Origin: Chloroflexota bacterium
GTDB lineage: Bacteria > Chloroflexota > Dehalococcoidia > JACVQG01 > JAHKAY01
Length of the DNA stretch: 64,000 bases
NCBI GenBank assembly: GCA_018825785.1
Contig: JAHKAY010000020.1
Location: 2,111 to 66,110 of the forward strand
Direction of reading: 5' to 3'
Of this stretch, positions 49,058 through 59,781 are shown piece by piece; positions within the stretch are counted from its first letter, which is position 1, and every line of letters begins with the position of its first letter. Below the pieces are notes generated by a model. That model was not told the DNA's origin, did not search any database, and was given only the letters and a program-made list of their open reading frames with translations. A program made the translations under genes and the position numbers.

Positions 49058-49896
49058 AACCCCTGCTGGCCCTGGAGGATATCAGGATGGTCTATCAGGC
49101 CAGGAAGGGGCTCTTCGGCTTCGTGCCCGTAACCGCCCTGGACGGGGTCTCCCTCAGCCTGGACGAAGGGGAGACGGTGGCGATAGTGGGGGAGTCGGGC
49201 AGTGGCAAGACCACCCTGGCCCGGGTAAGCCTCCGCCTCCTCCGCCCCACCTCGGGACAGGTCTTATTTGACGGGACAGACATCGCCCGCCTGCCCGAGG
49301 GCCGGCTGAAATGGTTCCGCCAGCAGGCCCAGGGCATCTTCCAGGACCCCTTCTCCAGCCTGGACCCCTTCATGCGGGTCTTTGACACGGTGGAGGAACC
49401 CCTTATCATCCACCGGATAGGAGACAGAGAGAAACGCCGGGAGCTGGTCTATCAAGCGCTGGAGGAGGTGCGGCTTATCCCGGTGAAAGAGTTTTCCTTG
49501 AAGTTCCCCCATCAGCTTTCCGGCGGCCAGCGCCAGCGGGTAGCCATAGCCCGGTGTCTGGTCCTCCGGTCCCGGCTCATCGTGGCCGACGAGCCCGTGT
49601 CCCTGCTGGATGCCTCCAGCCGGGCCGAGCTCCTCTCCCTCTTCCGGGAGCTCCAGCACCGCCACAAGCTGACTTTCATCTACATCACCCACGACCTGAG
49701 CACCGCGCGCCAGTTTGCCCCCCGCATCGCCATCATGTACCGGGGAAAAATTGTAGAGACCGGCCCCACCTCTCAGGTCATCACCCAGCCTCAGCACCCC
49801 TACACCCGGGCCCTCCTCGAGGCGGTGCCCCAGCCCGACCCCTCCAACCGCTTCCGGGAGCGCCGGGTCGGCTTCCAGGAAACCACCAGGGAATAG
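49054..49896 (+). CDS. OppF-like ABC ATPase
   Basis: GESGSGKT, LSGGQRQR, HPYT; ATGA overlap with the upstream gene. Confidence 0.9.
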   Translation: MKPLLALEDIRMVYQARKGLFGFVPVTALDGVSLSLDEGETVAIVGESGSGKTTLARVSLRLLRPTSGQVLFDGTDIARLPEGRLKWFRQQAQGIFQDPFSSLDPFMRVFDTVEEPLIIHRIGDREKRRELVYQALEEVRLIPVKEFSLKFPHQLSGGQRQRVAIARCLVLRSRLIVADEPVSLLDASSRAELLSLFRELQHRHKLTFIYITHDLSTARQFAPRIAIMYRGKIVETGPTSQVITQPQHPYTRALLEAVPQPDPSNRFRERRVGFQETTRE

Positions 49897-49996
49897 GGAA
49901 ATGGTGAGAAGAGAACCGCGCCTTCACTTGGACCGCCTATGTTCTTTATGACAACCGATAAAATGCAGCTAACACAGGTAAGGAGATAAGGGCAAG

Positions 49997-50365
49997 ATGG
50001 CGAAAATGGAAGTCAGAAATTTCAGCTCCCCGGATGAAGTGAGACAGTTTGAAAAAGGAAAGCTGGACCTGGTGAAAATCGGCGGTGCCACAGTCGGACG
50101 AGCAGTATTCCAGCCAGGATTCAAGTGGTCAAAGCATGTCCAGCCAATAGCCAAGACCAAGTCCTGCGAGGCTCCCCACTTCCAGTACCACGTCTCAGGA
50201 ACATTACATGTTGTTATGGACGATGGCACAGAGAGAGACTTAAGAGCCGGTGATGTTTCCTTGCTTCCACCGGGACATGACGCCTGGGTTGTTGGCAATG
50301 AACCCGCAGTTGTAGTTGACTTTCAAGGCATGGTGGATTACGCCAGGGAATCAGCCAAAAAATAG
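49997..50365 (+). CDS. Cupin domain protein
   Basis: PGFKWSKH, CEAPHFQY, PPGHDAWVVG. Confidence 0.8.
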   Translation: MAKMEVRNFSSPDEVRQFEKGKLDLVKIGGATVGRAVFQPGFKWSKHVQPIAKTKSCEAPHFQYHVSGTLHVVMDDGTERDLRAGDVSLLPPGHDAWVVGNEPAVVVDFQGMVDYARESAKK

Positions 50366-50574
50366 CACACAGTGACCCGGCGGGGAGATGGCAGCACATT
50401 CAAGCCCGGAAACGCCAATAGGTTCTGTGGCACTTCCCGCTATGAAGTAGTTGAGCGTCTCGAGGCGACGTTCCTCGCAATTGCCTCATTGCCCCCAACT
50501 CTCCTGCGGTTGGCTATCTCGTAACGCGTCGGCTATGGGTTGGGTATCCTGGCACTAGCCTGTCGGCCTGCAAC

Positions 50575-50610
50575 AAAAAGTGAGGGGCGACCCCAGCGGG
50601 GCCGCCCCTC
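50575..50610 (-). terminator. Intrinsic terminator
   Basis: GAGGGGCG(A)CCCC..GGGGCCGCCCCTC hairpin with a T tract on the minus strand. Confidence 0.7.
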
Positions 50611-50627
50611 TTGCCTTTGCGTCGCTT

Positions 50628-50948
50628 CTAGCGGCCGCCTGAGGTGACTCTTACCCGGGAGTAGCAGTCGCTACAGTAGACTGGTCGCCCGTTTCGTGGC
50701 TCGAACGGTACCTGCGCCTCTTTCCCACAGGACGCGCAGACGGCAGAATGCATGACCCTTTGGTAGCCGTAGCTATTCGGGGCAGCAGACGAACCACCAC
50801 GCTGTTGTCTCCTGGTCTCTCGACACTCCATACAGCGCTTGGGCTCATTGGTGTAGCCTCTGCTAGCGAACAACTCCTGCTCGGAGGCACTGAAACTGAA
50901 ACTGGTGCCGCAGTCCGCACACGTCAGGCTCTTGTCAACAAAGCTCAT
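50628..50948 (-). CDS. Zinc-ribbon / CxxC-x17-CxxC domain protein
   Basis: DKSLTCADCG..F.FSASEQ..F..RGYTNEPKRC..C and CASCG...VPFEP...PVYCSDC. Confidence 0.88.
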   Translation of the reverse strand: MSFVDKSLTCADCGTSFSFSASEQELFASRGYTNEPKRCMECRETRRQQRGGSSAAPNSYGYQRVMHSAVCASCGKEAQVPFEPRNGRPVYCSDCYSRVRVTSGGR

Positions 50949-51392
50949 GGATGACCTCCTTTCTATATGACTCGGCTCCAGTTTGGTCATCCATGGCCTG
51001 GGCAGCTTGTGAGAACTTCCGCAGATTGGGACTTGCAAACCTCTAACCGGTGCCTATAGAGTATCATGGAATTGGCGGTCTGTCAAACCATAATGAAATG
51101 CAACACTCACCCACCAATGCCCATTAGAATGATGAAGGGATACTAGTACTACCTCTCATACGATGCCATAGAGTCCCCTACTCTTGTGGAACGCGTTTGA
51201 CCATATCGCTGGGGTTGGTGAAAAACCATAACGTTCCCCTCAAATCTTAATGACTTCTTAATATTCGGCCATTATGATTGAGGACGCACAAGGTGTTTCC
51301 AACACTGCCGACCTTTTCCAAAACCATTGTAGGGAAGCACGGACAGAGCTTCAAGGCCATAGCTTGTCTTCCAGAGGCAAGAAGGGGGAAGT

Positions 51393-52817
51393 ATGAGGAG
51401 TAGTGCTGGCTATCGCCTGGCCGGGGCAACCGGGGTTCTCCTCTTGCTTGCTCTGGCCGGATGTACTCCCCGCACCACCGCCCCCACTCACAACCCTACC
51501 CCCATTGCCTCCCCAACAGCCACGGCCGCTACGACACCCCCACGGACTCCAACACCCGTGCCGACCCCAGCACCCACGCCAGGGCCTGCGCCCACGGCTG
51601 CAGCAGTCCCTGTTGCAGAGTGGACTCACCAGTTCGGCTCCCCCGCTTTGGACAGGGGCAATGCGCTGGCAGTGGATGGGGAAGGGAACATCATCGTTGT
51701 GGGCGCTACACAGGGCGCCCTGCCCGGCCAGACTTTGGGCGGCTATTGGGATGGCTATGCGCGGAAGCTCAGCCCAACTGGCGCAGAGATGTGGACCCTG
51801 CAGTTCACCAACTCCGTTTCGGTTGGGGCTCTGGCAGTGGCAGTGGACGGGGCAGGAAACATCATCCTCGCCGGCCATGTACAGGGTGAGCTGCCCGGCC
51901 AGACCGGCGCTGGCCTGGATGACGCATATGTGCGGAGGCTTAGTCCCGACGGCGTAGAGCTGTGGACGCACCAGTTCGGCTCCGCCGATTCGGATTGGGC
52001 TTTTGGGGTGGCCTTGGACTTGTCGGGGAACATTATAGTGGCTGGCGCAGCCAGTGGCGCACTGCCCGGCCAGACCAGCGCTGGCGGCGAAGATGCTTTT
52101 GTGCAGAAGCTGAGTCCCGAGGGCGCCGAGCTGTGGACGAGCCAGTTCGGCTCCGCCGCTTCAGACAGAGTCTGGAGCGTATCATTGGACGGGTCAGGAA
52201 ATATCGTCGTGGCGGGCCGAACACAGGGCACACTGCCCGGCCAGACCAGCGCGGGCTCCTGGGATGCCTTCGTGCAGAAATACAGCCCCGATGGAACGGA
52301 GCTGTGGACCCGCCAGTTTGGCTCTCCAGCTCCGGATGTGGCCACCAGGGTGGCGGTGGACGGGGCAGGGAACATCATCGTGGCGGGCAGTACAATGGGC
52401 TCACTGCCCGGACAGACCCGGGCTGGCTACGATGATGCCTTTGTGCGGAAGTTCAGCCCGGAGGGAGCAGAGCTGTGGACCCGCCAGTTTGGCTCAGCCC
52501 TGACTTCCGAGGCCTTGGGGGTGGCCGTAGACGGGATGGGGAACATCATCGTGGCTGGCCGGGTGTATGGCGCGCTGCCAGGCCGGACCCCCATCGGCCA
52601 AGATGACGCCTTTGTGCGGAAGTTCAGCCCGGAGGGCATAGAGCTCTGGACCCTTCAGTTCGGCTCCGCTGCTCCGGATGAGGCCTTGGGGGTAGCGGTG
52701 GACGGGATGGGGAACACTGTCGTTGCGGGCCATACAATGGGCACGCTGCCCGGCCAGACAAACGCCGGCGATTGGGATGCCTTCGTCGTCTGCCTTGGCC
52801 GGCAGTCTGCCTCATGA
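51393..52817 (+). CDS. SBBP-repeat beta-propeller lipoprotein
   Basis: Lipobox LAGC; PT stalk; about seven 57-aa WTxQFGS...VAVDGxGNIIVAG...LPGQT..G..DAFV repeats. Confidence 0.85.
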   Translation: MRSSAGYRLAGATGVLLLLALAGCTPRTTAPTHNPTPIASPTATAATTPPRTPTPVPTPAPTPGPAPTAAAVPVAEWTHQFGSPALDRGNALAVDGEGNIIVVGATQGALPGQTLGGYWDGYARKLSPTGAEMWTLQFTNSVSVGALAVAVDGAGNIILAGHVQGELPGQTGAGLDDAYVRRLSPDGVELWTHQFGSADSDWAFGVALDLSGNIIVAGAASGALPGQTSAGGEDAFVQKLSPEGAELWTSQFGSAASDRVWSVSLDGSGNIVVAGRTQGTLPGQTSAGSWDAFVQKYSPDGTELWTRQFGSPAPDVATRVAVDGAGNIIVAGSTMGSLPGQTRAGYDDAFVRKFSPEGAELWTRQFGSALTSEALGVAVDGMGNIIVAGRVYGALPGRTPIGQDDAFVRKFSPEGIELWTLQFGSAAPDEALGVAVDGMGNTVVAGHTMGTLPGQTNAGDWDAFVVCLGRQSAS

Positions 52818-53001
52818 CCGGGTGGCAAATCTACTCAAGCGGGCAGCTTGCCCATTCGCCAGGTGTACCGGCATCTGGGGCCTGCCCCTGAAGGCCCGGG
52901 CCCGGTCCCTCTGCCGGCCCCATTACCCCTGGTCATCCCGGCAGGGACAGGCCCGGAAGAGAAGAGGAAGTGCAGGATTTCTGGGAGAGAAGGAGGCCAA
53001 G

Positions 53002-53571
53002 ATGAACAGGTCAGTTTTGGTAGGCGTGGTAGTGTCGTTGCTCTTGTTCGGCGCTCTCGCTTGCGCGGGACCTGCGGGTACCCAGGGCCCGGCGGGGCTG
53101 ACGGGCGCGCAGGGGCCCCAGGGTGAGAGGGGACCGGCTGGGCCTACAGGGCCGCAGGGGCCAGCTGGGCCAGCCGGCGCTACAGGCGCTACAGGACCGG
53201 CAGGCCCTCCGGGACCCCAAGGGCCGGCAGGAACGGGAGGAGCTCTGCCCTGGTCAGGTTCTCCGGTTGCCGTCACGGGTACGGTCACTGTGCCGGCGGG
53301 GCAATACTACGAGTCTGCGATTGCTGCAAACTATCTTGACCTGATTTCCGTCAGGCTGGGGGCAGTCGCTGCACTCCCGCAGGCACAGGCTGCAGGTTTT
53401 GATGTGTATGACCCGAACGACGACTATATTGCGGGACAGATTGCCTACGCGCAGGGAGGAGCCAGCACAAGTTTCTTTGCGGCTATTCCTGGAACATATA
53501 CATTGAGTGTCTGGAACCAGACAACTTCAGACCTTCAGATGTCTGTCTCGGTGAGCAGGACAGCTAGATAG
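53002..53571 (+). CDS. Collagen-like lipoprotein
   Basis: Lipobox ALAC; about 18 Gly-X-Y triplets; C-terminal beta domain. Confidence 0.82.
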   Translation: MNRSVLVGVVVSLLLFGALACAGPAGTQGPAGLTGAQGPQGERGPAGPTGPQGPAGPAGATGATGPAGPPGPQGPAGTGGALPWSGSPVAVTGTVTVPAGQYYESAIAANYLDLISVRLGAVAALPQAQAAGFDVYDPNDDYIAGQIAYAQGGASTSFFAAIPGTYTLSVWNQTTSDLQMSVSVSRTAR

Positions 53572-54072
53572 TTAAGTGGTAGTCGCAGCGGGCTGTACGC
53601 CTTCCTCCTGCGCGACATTGAGCAGCCTGTTGACCACCCAGGACACATATCGGTCGCACTTCTGCTCAAAGCCGCCCTCGTCTACGAACTTCTCAAAGGC
53701 CCCAGGTTGGTCGAAGTCCACCTTGACCAGCCCACGGCACACGGTACTGCCAAATTCCCGCCGGAAGTCTTCAAAGACGCGCCGAGCAGCGCTCCGGGAC
53801 TTCCTTCTGGCCTCCCTGGCCTGCTCCCGCGTGCCAGTGTCCTTGCCAAACATCATTCCTAGAGCCGCCGCTGCAGCGGACAGGCTACCGCAGGGGGCGA
53901 ACTGGTAGCCACCGACTCCGGTCATGAAGTTGATAGCCGCCCAGTTGGCCTTCTCCGGCCATTTGAAGGTCTCCTGACACACGGTCATAACCGCGGGGCC
54001 ACAATGGAAGCCTTTGTGCATGAGTTCGAGGGCCCTCCGGGTCACCGCATCGGCCTGAAACTTGTCCCCCAT
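53572..54072 (-). CDS. C_GCAxxG_C_C family putative redox-active protein
   Basis: FHCGPAV, PCGSLSA, FGSTVCRGL, KCDRYV. Confidence 0.78.
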   Translation of the reverse strand: MGDKFQADAVTRRALELMHKGFHCGPAVMTVCQETFKWPEKANWAAINFMTGVGGYQFAPCGSLSAAAAALGMMFGKDTGTREQAREARRKSRSAARRVFEDFRREFGSTVCRGLVKVDFDQPGAFEKFVDEGGFEQKCDRYVSWVVNRLLNVAQEEGVQPAATTT

Positions 54073-54376
54073 GGTCCCTCCTTATGCCCTCCCGGTCATG
54101 TTCATCTTCTGCCTCCAGTCCCCGTGCCGAGGTCACGCAAGTTCGGGCAATTATATCACTGCGTCAGGGTAGCCGCATTTATAGCAGAATTGACAAGGCC
54201 CTGCTGCTCTAGAAGCCGGGGGGTAACTCCCTTGACCTTCCCTTGCCGATGGTGCTCGGGATGCTATCCACCAGCTCCTCGGGGGTCCAGCTCCCGTTTT
54301 TCAGGAGCATCTGGTAGACCACCGGCTCCTGGTAGATGTCCACGTGCCCATGGTAGACCTGGAAGGTGCAGCAGGG

Positions 54377-54901
54377 TCAGCCCTTTATCAGGACCGGCAT
54401 CCCCGCCACGAGAAGATATACCCGGTCGGCCTTCTGGGCTATGGCCTGGTTGGCCCGGCCCAGGAGGTCCCGGTAGTGCCGCCCCAGGGGTGTGGGGGGT
54501 ACTACCCCCATCCCGACCTCGTTGCTCACGATAATAAAGCTGGCCCCCAGCCGGTCTATGGCCTCCATAAGCCCGGCTATTTCCTCCTCCACCCTCCCCT
54601 GGGCCCCCCGCACCCGGTCCCCTATGACATTGGCCACCAGCAGGGTGAGACAGTCCAGGACCACGGTCCTGTAGCCAGCCCCCGCCTGGAGAAGGGCTTC
54701 ACCCACCCCCTGGGGCACCTCCAGGGTCTTGAAGTAGGGGGGGCGGGCCCGGCGGTGCTCCTGAATCCGCTTCTTCATCTCCCTGTCCAGGGGGGCAGCG
54801 GTGGCCAGAAAGAGGACCGGCCCGGGCATCCCCGAGGCCAGTTTCACTGCAAAATGGCTCTTCCCGGAACGGACACCTCCCAAAATCAGTACCAGTTTCA
54901 T
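54377..54901 (-). CDS. cobU: Adenosylcobinamide kinase/guanylyltransferase
   Basis: [25 protein letters not shown]. Confidence 0.93.
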   Translation of the reverse strand: MKLVLILGGVRSGKSHFAVKLASGMPGPVLFLATAAPLDREMKKRIQEHRRARPPYFKTLEVPQGVGEALLQAGAGYRTVVLDCLTLLVANVIGDRVRGAQGRVEEEIAGLMEAIDRLGASFIIVSNEVGMGVVPPTPLGRHYRDLLGRANQAIAQKADRVYLLVAGMPVLIKG

Positions 54902-54926
54902 ACCCTGTACCCCAACCGAAGCGTCC

Positions 54927-55526
54927 CTAAGGCCCATCTTTAAGGTGGCGGGTGTCGTTGAGAAGAAGGAGAGCTGTCCCCCGGGGTTTCAGGTCCAGGA
55001 GAGACAGCGAGGCGGGGGCCGGGCGAATATGCCACCAGCCCTCGGGGCCCAGCCCCAACAGGTGGCAGAGGAGCCATCTCAGGGGCCCGCTGTGGGCCAC
55101 CACCAGCACCCCCTCCCCTCTTTTCTCGGCCCCCAGGCGGGCGGAGAAGGCCAGGACCCTCTGGCCCACCTCGCCCAGGCTCCCCCCACCTGGGAAGCGG
55201 TAGCCGGAGGCCCGCCAGGAAAGATGGGCCTGGGGGTCCCTTTGAGCGATTTCGGAGAAGGTAAGCCCCTCGTAATCCCCAAAGTCCACCTCCCGCAGCT
55301 CGGGGCAGGGGAGGGGCTCGTGGCCGTGAGGGGAGGCGACGACCCTGGCAGTGTGGAGGGCCCTCTGGAGGTCGCTGGAATAGACCAGGGCTATCCTTTC
55401 CCCCGAAAGGCGGTCCCGGAGCCGCTCAGCCTGCTCTTTGCCCCGCGGGCTGAGCGGTATATCGGTGGAGCCGTAGTAGCGCTCTATGGCCCCGGTATCC
55501 CCGTGCCTCGCCAGATAGAGCCTCAT
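54927..55526 (-). CDS. cobC: Alpha-ribazole phosphatase (histidine phosphatase)
   Basis: [26 protein letters not shown]; between cobS and cobU. Confidence 0.85.
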   Translation of the reverse strand: MRLYLARHGDTGAIERYYGSTDIPLSPRGKEQAERLRDRLSGERIALVYSSDLQRALHTARVVASPHGHEPLPCPELREVDFGDYEGLTFSEIAQRDPQAHLSWRASGYRFPGGGSLGEVGQRVLAFSARLGAEKRGEGVLVVAHSGPLRWLLCHLLGLGPEGWWHIRPAPASLSLLDLKPRGTALLLLNDTRHLKDGP

Positions 55527-56254
55527 CCCCAGCTCCAACGGGAGAAGGCGATAACCAGCAGCAGAAAGATAGCCTCGCCCGCCTCTATCAAGGCCCCGTA
55601 GTTGTCCCCTGTCAGCCCGGCAAAGCGGCCCTTGAGATAAAGGCCAAAGCCCCAGACCAGGACCCCTACTCCCAGCATCAGGGCCAGCCCCTCCAGGCGG
55701 AAGAGGGCGAGGGAAAGGGCCAGGGTGACGAGGCTGGCCAGGAGGAGATGGCCGGGGCGGGCCGCATCTTTGAAGGTGCGGCCCAGGCCCTCGGGCTTGG
55801 CGTAGGGGAAGGCGGAGATGGCCAGGACCCCAACCCACCTCCCAATAACGGGCATGAGGATGAGGGCCCCCAGGCGCTGGGGGAGGTCCTCTAGAGCGGC
55901 ATACTTGACCAGGAGGAGCAGCACCGCCCCTATCACGCCAAATCCCCCTACCCGGCTCTCCTTCATTATCTCCCATCTCTGGGAGGGCTTTTTCATCTCC
56001 ACCAGGCCATCACAGGTATCAATGAATCCATCCAGGTGCAGGCCCCCGCTGGCCAGTGCAAGGATGACCAGAAGCAGGCCGTTGACCACGGCCCCGGGCA
56101 GAAAGCCCAGCAACCGGTCTGCCCCCGCCAGTAGCAGGCCCAGAAGGAGGCCCACCAGGGGGAAAAAGGGGAGTGAGCGCCCCAGGGCCTGGGGGCTGGC
56201 CCCTCTGCCGACGGGGATAACGGTGAGAAAGCCGAGGGCCGTGAGGAAGCTCAA
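55523..56254 (-). CDS. cobS: Cobalamin synthase
   Basis: FLTVIP, GLHLDGFIDTCDG, MKESRVG, GLTGDNYGA. Confidence 0.93.
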   Translation of the reverse strand: MSFLTALGFLTVIPVGRGASPQALGRSLPFFPLVGLLLGLLLAGADRLLGFLPGAVVNGLLLVILALASGGLHLDGFIDTCDGLVEMKKPSQRWEIMKESRVGGFGVIGAVLLLLVKYAALEDLPQRLGALILMPVIGRWVGVLAISAFPYAKPEGLGRTFKDAARPGHLLLASLVTLALSLALFRLEGLALMLGVGVLVWGFGLYLKGRFAGLTGDNYGALIEAGEAIFLLLVIAFSRWSWG

Positions 56255-57321
56255 TCCAGCTTCCCCGAGACCCCGGCCTCACCGAAGGTAGCCATCTCGT
56301 CCAGGAGCCGGCAGGCGGCCTCGCAGAGGAAGATGCCCAGGCAGGCCCCCGTTCCCTCCCCCAGCCTCATCCCCAGGTCCAGAAGAGGCCGGAGGCCCAG
56401 GTGGCGGAGGATGACCCGGTGCCCGGGTTCCGCCGAAACATGAGAGGCGATGAGGGAATCCTTCAGGCCCGGGCAAAGCCCGCAGGCAATCAGGGCGGCA
56501 GCGCCGGAGATGAAGCCGTCGATGACCACCGGGATGCGGTGGGCAGCCGCCCCCAGCATCACCCCGGCCAGTCCCCCGAGCTCAAAACCGCCCACCTTGC
56601 TCAGCACATCCAGCGGGTCTCCGGGGACAGGCTGATTTACGGAGAGGGCCCTGTTTATTACAGCCACCTTACGGGCCAGACCTGCTTCATCCAGGCCGGT
56701 GCCCCGCCCCGTGAGCCTCTCCACCGGCTCCCCGGTAAAAACGGCAGCGATGGCACTGGAGGCAGTAGTATTGCCGATGCCCATGTCCCCCGTGCCCACG
56801 ATGTCCAGGCCTTTCCTCATCTCCTCTTCAAGAACCTCAAGGCCCGACTCCACCGCCTGGAGGGCCTGCTTCCGGCTCATGGCGGGGCCTTTGCTCATGT
56901 CCCTGGTGCCTGGGGCCACCTTCTTGAGGACAAGCTGAGGATGAGACTCCAGTGGCGCGGCCACCCCCATGTCCACCACGACGACCCTGGCGCCAATGTG
57001 CCGGGCCAGGACATTTACCCCCGCCCCTCCACGGAGAAAGTTATAGACCATCTGGGGGGTAACCTCCTGGGGATAGGCGCTCACGCCTTCCACCACCACC
57101 CCGTGGTCCCCAGCCATGGTGATGACGGCCTTGTGGGAAAGGCGGGGGCGCTCCTGGCCCACGATGCCCGCCAGCTTTATGGAAAGCTCCTCCAGCCGGC
57201 CCAAGCTTCCCCGGGGCTTGGTGAGCTGGCCCTGACGCCCTTGGGCCAGGGCCATGGCCTCTTCATCCAGGGCACCGACGGCCCTGATGGCCCCCTCAAG
57301 GCTAAGAAAAGATGAGGTCAA
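56251..57321 (-). CDS. cobT: Nicotinate-nucleotide-DMB phosphoribosyltransferase
   Basis: LTKPRGSLGRLEE, GDHG, GDMGIGNTT, RLGEGTG. Confidence 0.95.
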   Translation of the reverse strand: MTSSFLSLEGAIRAVGALDEEAMALAQGRQGQLTKPRGSLGRLEELSIKLAGIVGQERPRLSHKAVITMAGDHGVVVEGVSAYPQEVTPQMVYNFLRGGAGVNVLARHIGARVVVVDMGVAAPLESHPQLVLKKVAPGTRDMSKGPAMSRKQALQAVESGLEVLEEEMRKGLDIVGTGDMGIGNTTASSAIAAVFTGEPVERLTGRGTGLDEAGLARKVAVINRALSVNQPVPGDPLDVLSKVGGFELGGLAGVMLGAAAHRIPVVIDGFISGAAALIACGLCPGLKDSLIASHVSAEPGHRVILRHLGLRPLLDLGMRLGEGTGACLGIFLCEAACRLLDEMATFGEAGVSGKLD

Positions 57322-57335
57322 ATGTCTCCTCAACT

Positions 57336-57366
57336 AAAGTCCCCTTGCCCTAGGCAAGGGGACTTT
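57336..57366. terminator. Perfect hairpin between rplY and cobT
   Basis: AAAGTCCCCTTGCC-CTA-GGCAAGGGGACTTT. Confidence 0.7.
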
Positions 57367-57415
57367 GCTTCTTTTACCTCTGCAGCCTCCGGCCAGGAAG
57401 GAGAGGGGATAGAGG

Positions 57416-58093
57416 CTACTCCTCCTCCGTCTCCCCTTCTTCTTCCTCGGCGGCGGGCTTCTCCCCTTCCTCCCCGGCAACCCCCACCGGCGCGGCTGGG
57501 GCCACCTCCTCCACCCGGGCCGGGGCTTCTATCTTCGCCACCACCGTCTCGGGGTCCAGCAGGGAGGCAACCCCCTTGGGCAGGGAGAGGTCCACTATCT
57601 TTATGACCTGGCCCACCGCGGCCAGGCTGGAGACGTCCACAACGATAGCATGGGGCAGGGCCTCAGGCAGGCCCTCCACCGGGAGGGACGAAAGCCCATG
57701 GATAAGGACTCCCTCCCTGGCCCCGGGGGCCACCCCCTCAAAGTGGAGGGGGACCTCGGTCCGCACCTTCTCGGTAAGGAGGACCGCCTGGAAGTCCACA
57801 TGGAGGAGCCGGCTGGTCCTGGGGTGCCTCTGGACCTCCCGGGTAATAGCCGGCTGGGCCCGGCCCCGGGACCCTATCTTTATGAAGACCAGGCCACCCC
57901 CCCCCGTCTGGGTGATGGCCCGGAGGAGCTCCTTAGCCTCCACCTGGAGGGCCTGGGAGGGCTTCCCGTGGCCGTAGAGATTGGCAGGGATTATGCCCTG
58001 CTCCCTGAGCTTCTTCACCTGCTTGCCCAGGACCTCCCGCTTGCTGACCTTCAGCTCAGCGCGCTCTTTCTTTTCTTCAGCCTTCTCAGCCAT
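57416..58093 (-). CDS. rplY: 50S ribosomal protein L25/Ctc
   Basis: KKLREQGIIPANLYG, QRHP, HVDF, EVPL; acidic tail. Confidence 0.93.
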   Translation of the reverse strand: MAEKAEEKKERAELKVSKREVLGKQVKKLREQGIIPANLYGHGKPSQALQVEAKELLRAITQTGGGGLVFIKIGSRGRAQPAITREVQRHPRTSRLLHVDFQAVLLTEKVRTEVPLHFEGVAPGAREGVLIHGLSSLPVEGLPEALPHAIVVDVSSLAAVGQVIKIVDLSLPKGVASLLDPETVVAKIEAPARVEEVAPAAPVGVAGEEGEKPAAEEEEGETEEE

Positions 58094-58101
58094 ACTGACA
58101 G

Positions 58102-58130
58102 AATTTACCAGAGAGGGGACTAAATGTCAA
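58102..58130 (-). promoter_or_regulatory. rplY promoter (likely leaderless transcript)
   Basis: TTGACA-N17-TAAATT ends 8 nt before the ATG; no SD sequence. Confidence 0.6.
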
Positions 58131-58262
58131 CCGCTGCCCCTGCCCACCCACCTCCCCCTGTCCCCAGTTAACGTCTGGCGAGCGCCCGGACCCTTTTCTT
58201 GAGACCCCGAAACGCGTAGACTAAGGACAAAACACGGGCGGCCGATGAAAAGGAGGACAGCC

Positions 58263-58628
58263 ATGTCAAAAGTAGTGCATTTTGAGATTCATGCGGATGA
58301 CCCGGAACGGGCGGTGAAGTTCTATACCCAGGCTTTCGGCTGGAAGGTGGAGGAATTGACGGGCCCGATGGAGTACTGGCTGGTTGACACCGGCCCGAAG
58401 AGCCAGCCGGGCATTAACGGCGCCATCATGCGCCGCCAGGATAAACTGGCTACGGTGAACACCATCGGCGTCCCTTCAATGGGGGAAGCCATGAAGGCAG
58501 TCAAGGCGGCCGGAGGTAAAGTGCTGACTCCGAAGATGCCCATCCTGGGTATCGGCTGGAATGCCTATTGCCTGGATACCGAGGGCAATACCTTCGGCAT
58601 CTACCAGGAGGACCCTTCGGCCAAGTAG
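58263..58628 (+). CDS. VOC/glyoxalase family protein
   Basis: VVHFEIHADD, PGINGAI, DTEGNTFG. Confidence 0.88.
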   Translation: MSKVVHFEIHADDPERAVKFYTQAFGWKVEELTGPMEYWLVDTGPKSQPGINGAIMRRQDKLATVNTIGVPSMGEAMKAVKAAGGKVLTPKMPILGIGWNAYCLDTEGNTFGIYQEDPSAK

Positions 58629-58649
58629 CGTCCCCAAAAAGGTCGCCGG

Positions 58650-59291
58650 ATGGACAAGAAGTCGCTGGAAGAAGAACTCAGGAACAAGGCGGATAACGCG
58701 GAGCTGCTGGCGGAAGCCGTTGCCGGGAACACCGCTCTGCTTCCTGATGTGCTCCAGGCAGTGTCTTCTTCCGAAACGGGCGTCAGATTCAAGTCAATCA
58801 AGGTCCTGAAGCTCGTTAGCGAGGAGCATCCAGAGATACTCTATCCACACTTCGGTTTCTTTGGGCAACTCCTTGATAGCGGCAACAATATCCTCAAGTG
58901 GAACGCCATAGATATATTGGCAAACCTGGCGGCGGCTGATTCCGATAATAGGTTCGGCACCCTGTTCCAGGAATTCTACGGTCTCCTTGATGAGGGAAGT
59001 CTGATTACTGCGGCCCACGTCATAGACAGCTCAGCCAATGTGGTGAAAACCAGACCCGCTCTGGAAGACAGGATTACCAGGGAGCTCCTACGGGTGGAGG
59101 AAATACCCCTCCCCACCGATGAGTGCCGTCATATCCTCAGGGGCAAGGTAGTCTCCGCCTTCAGCCAGTATTCTGCTCATTCCGGGAGCAGGGAGCTCAT
59201 GCTCTCCTTTGCCCAAAGGCTCCTGGCCTGTCCCCGCCCGGCCACCAGAAAGAAAGCCGAACGGTTCCTCAAGAAGTTCAGAGGTAAGTAG
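58650..59291 (+). CDS. HEAT/ARM-like hypothetical protein
   Basis: Helical repeats; PEILYP, KWNAIDILANL. Confidence 0.65.
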   Translation: MDKKSLEEELRNKADNAELLAEAVAGNTALLPDVLQAVSSSETGVRFKSIKVLKLVSEEHPEILYPHFGFFGQLLDSGNNILKWNAIDILANLAAADSDNRFGTLFQEFYGLLDEGSLITAAHVIDSSANVVKTRPALEDRITRELLRVEEIPLPTDECRHILRGKVVSAFSQYSAHSGSRELMLSFAQRLLACPRPATRKKAERFLKKFRGK

Positions 59292-59301
59292 CCGCAAACC
59301 A

Positions 59302-59330
59302 AAAGCACGGCCATAGGCTGTGCTTTCTTG
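59302..59330 (+). terminator. Intrinsic terminator
   Basis: AAAGCACGGCC-ATA-GGCTGTGCTTT. Confidence 0.6.
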
Positions 59331-59514
59331 ATTTCTTGGTGCAGGTCTTCCGCAAACTCATGCGGCCTCAGGATTTCCACTTGCCAATTTCTCTCGTTCA
59401 CCAGCGCCCCCGCACCGCCTGAGCGACAGACACGGCAGCTGCTAGACCCAAGGCGTGACGGACGCGCTGTGCTATAATTGCCCGAGACTTGGAGTCAGCC
59501 AGAAGGAGCACCGG

Positions 59515-59781
59515 GTGACAGGCCGACGCGAGAATCGCATTCGAGCTTATGGCTATGTCATAGAGCAGATTAGAGAGGTAAACCAAGATGTGAGCCGTAG
59601 GCCGGACAGAGTCTTGGGAGACTTCAGCTACATTTCACTTGATGAGCTTGTGAGGCTTGGGGAAGGCATTGCTGACCCCTCCCGGGAACTGGTAGCCGCT
59701 TTGAAGAAGCTCCTGGGTGCTGTTGCCAGCGAGCATGAGATCAATGAGTGCCTGGTTGCTCCCTTCATGTCTGAAGCATGA
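59515..59781 (+). CDS. Small hypothetical protein
   Basis: GTG after AAGGAG; TGCTATAAT upstream. Confidence 0.45.
   Translation: MTGRRENRIRAYGYVIEQIREVNQDVSRRPDRVLGDFSYISLDELVRLGEGIADPSRELVAALKKLLGAVASEHEINECLVAPFMSEA

Noticed and set aside
35081-49800. Long antisense ORFs (e.g. 42818..44284, 46682..48364, 35081..36001)
   Set aside because: They are shadow ORFs of high-GC coding genes on the opposite strand and carry no motifs.
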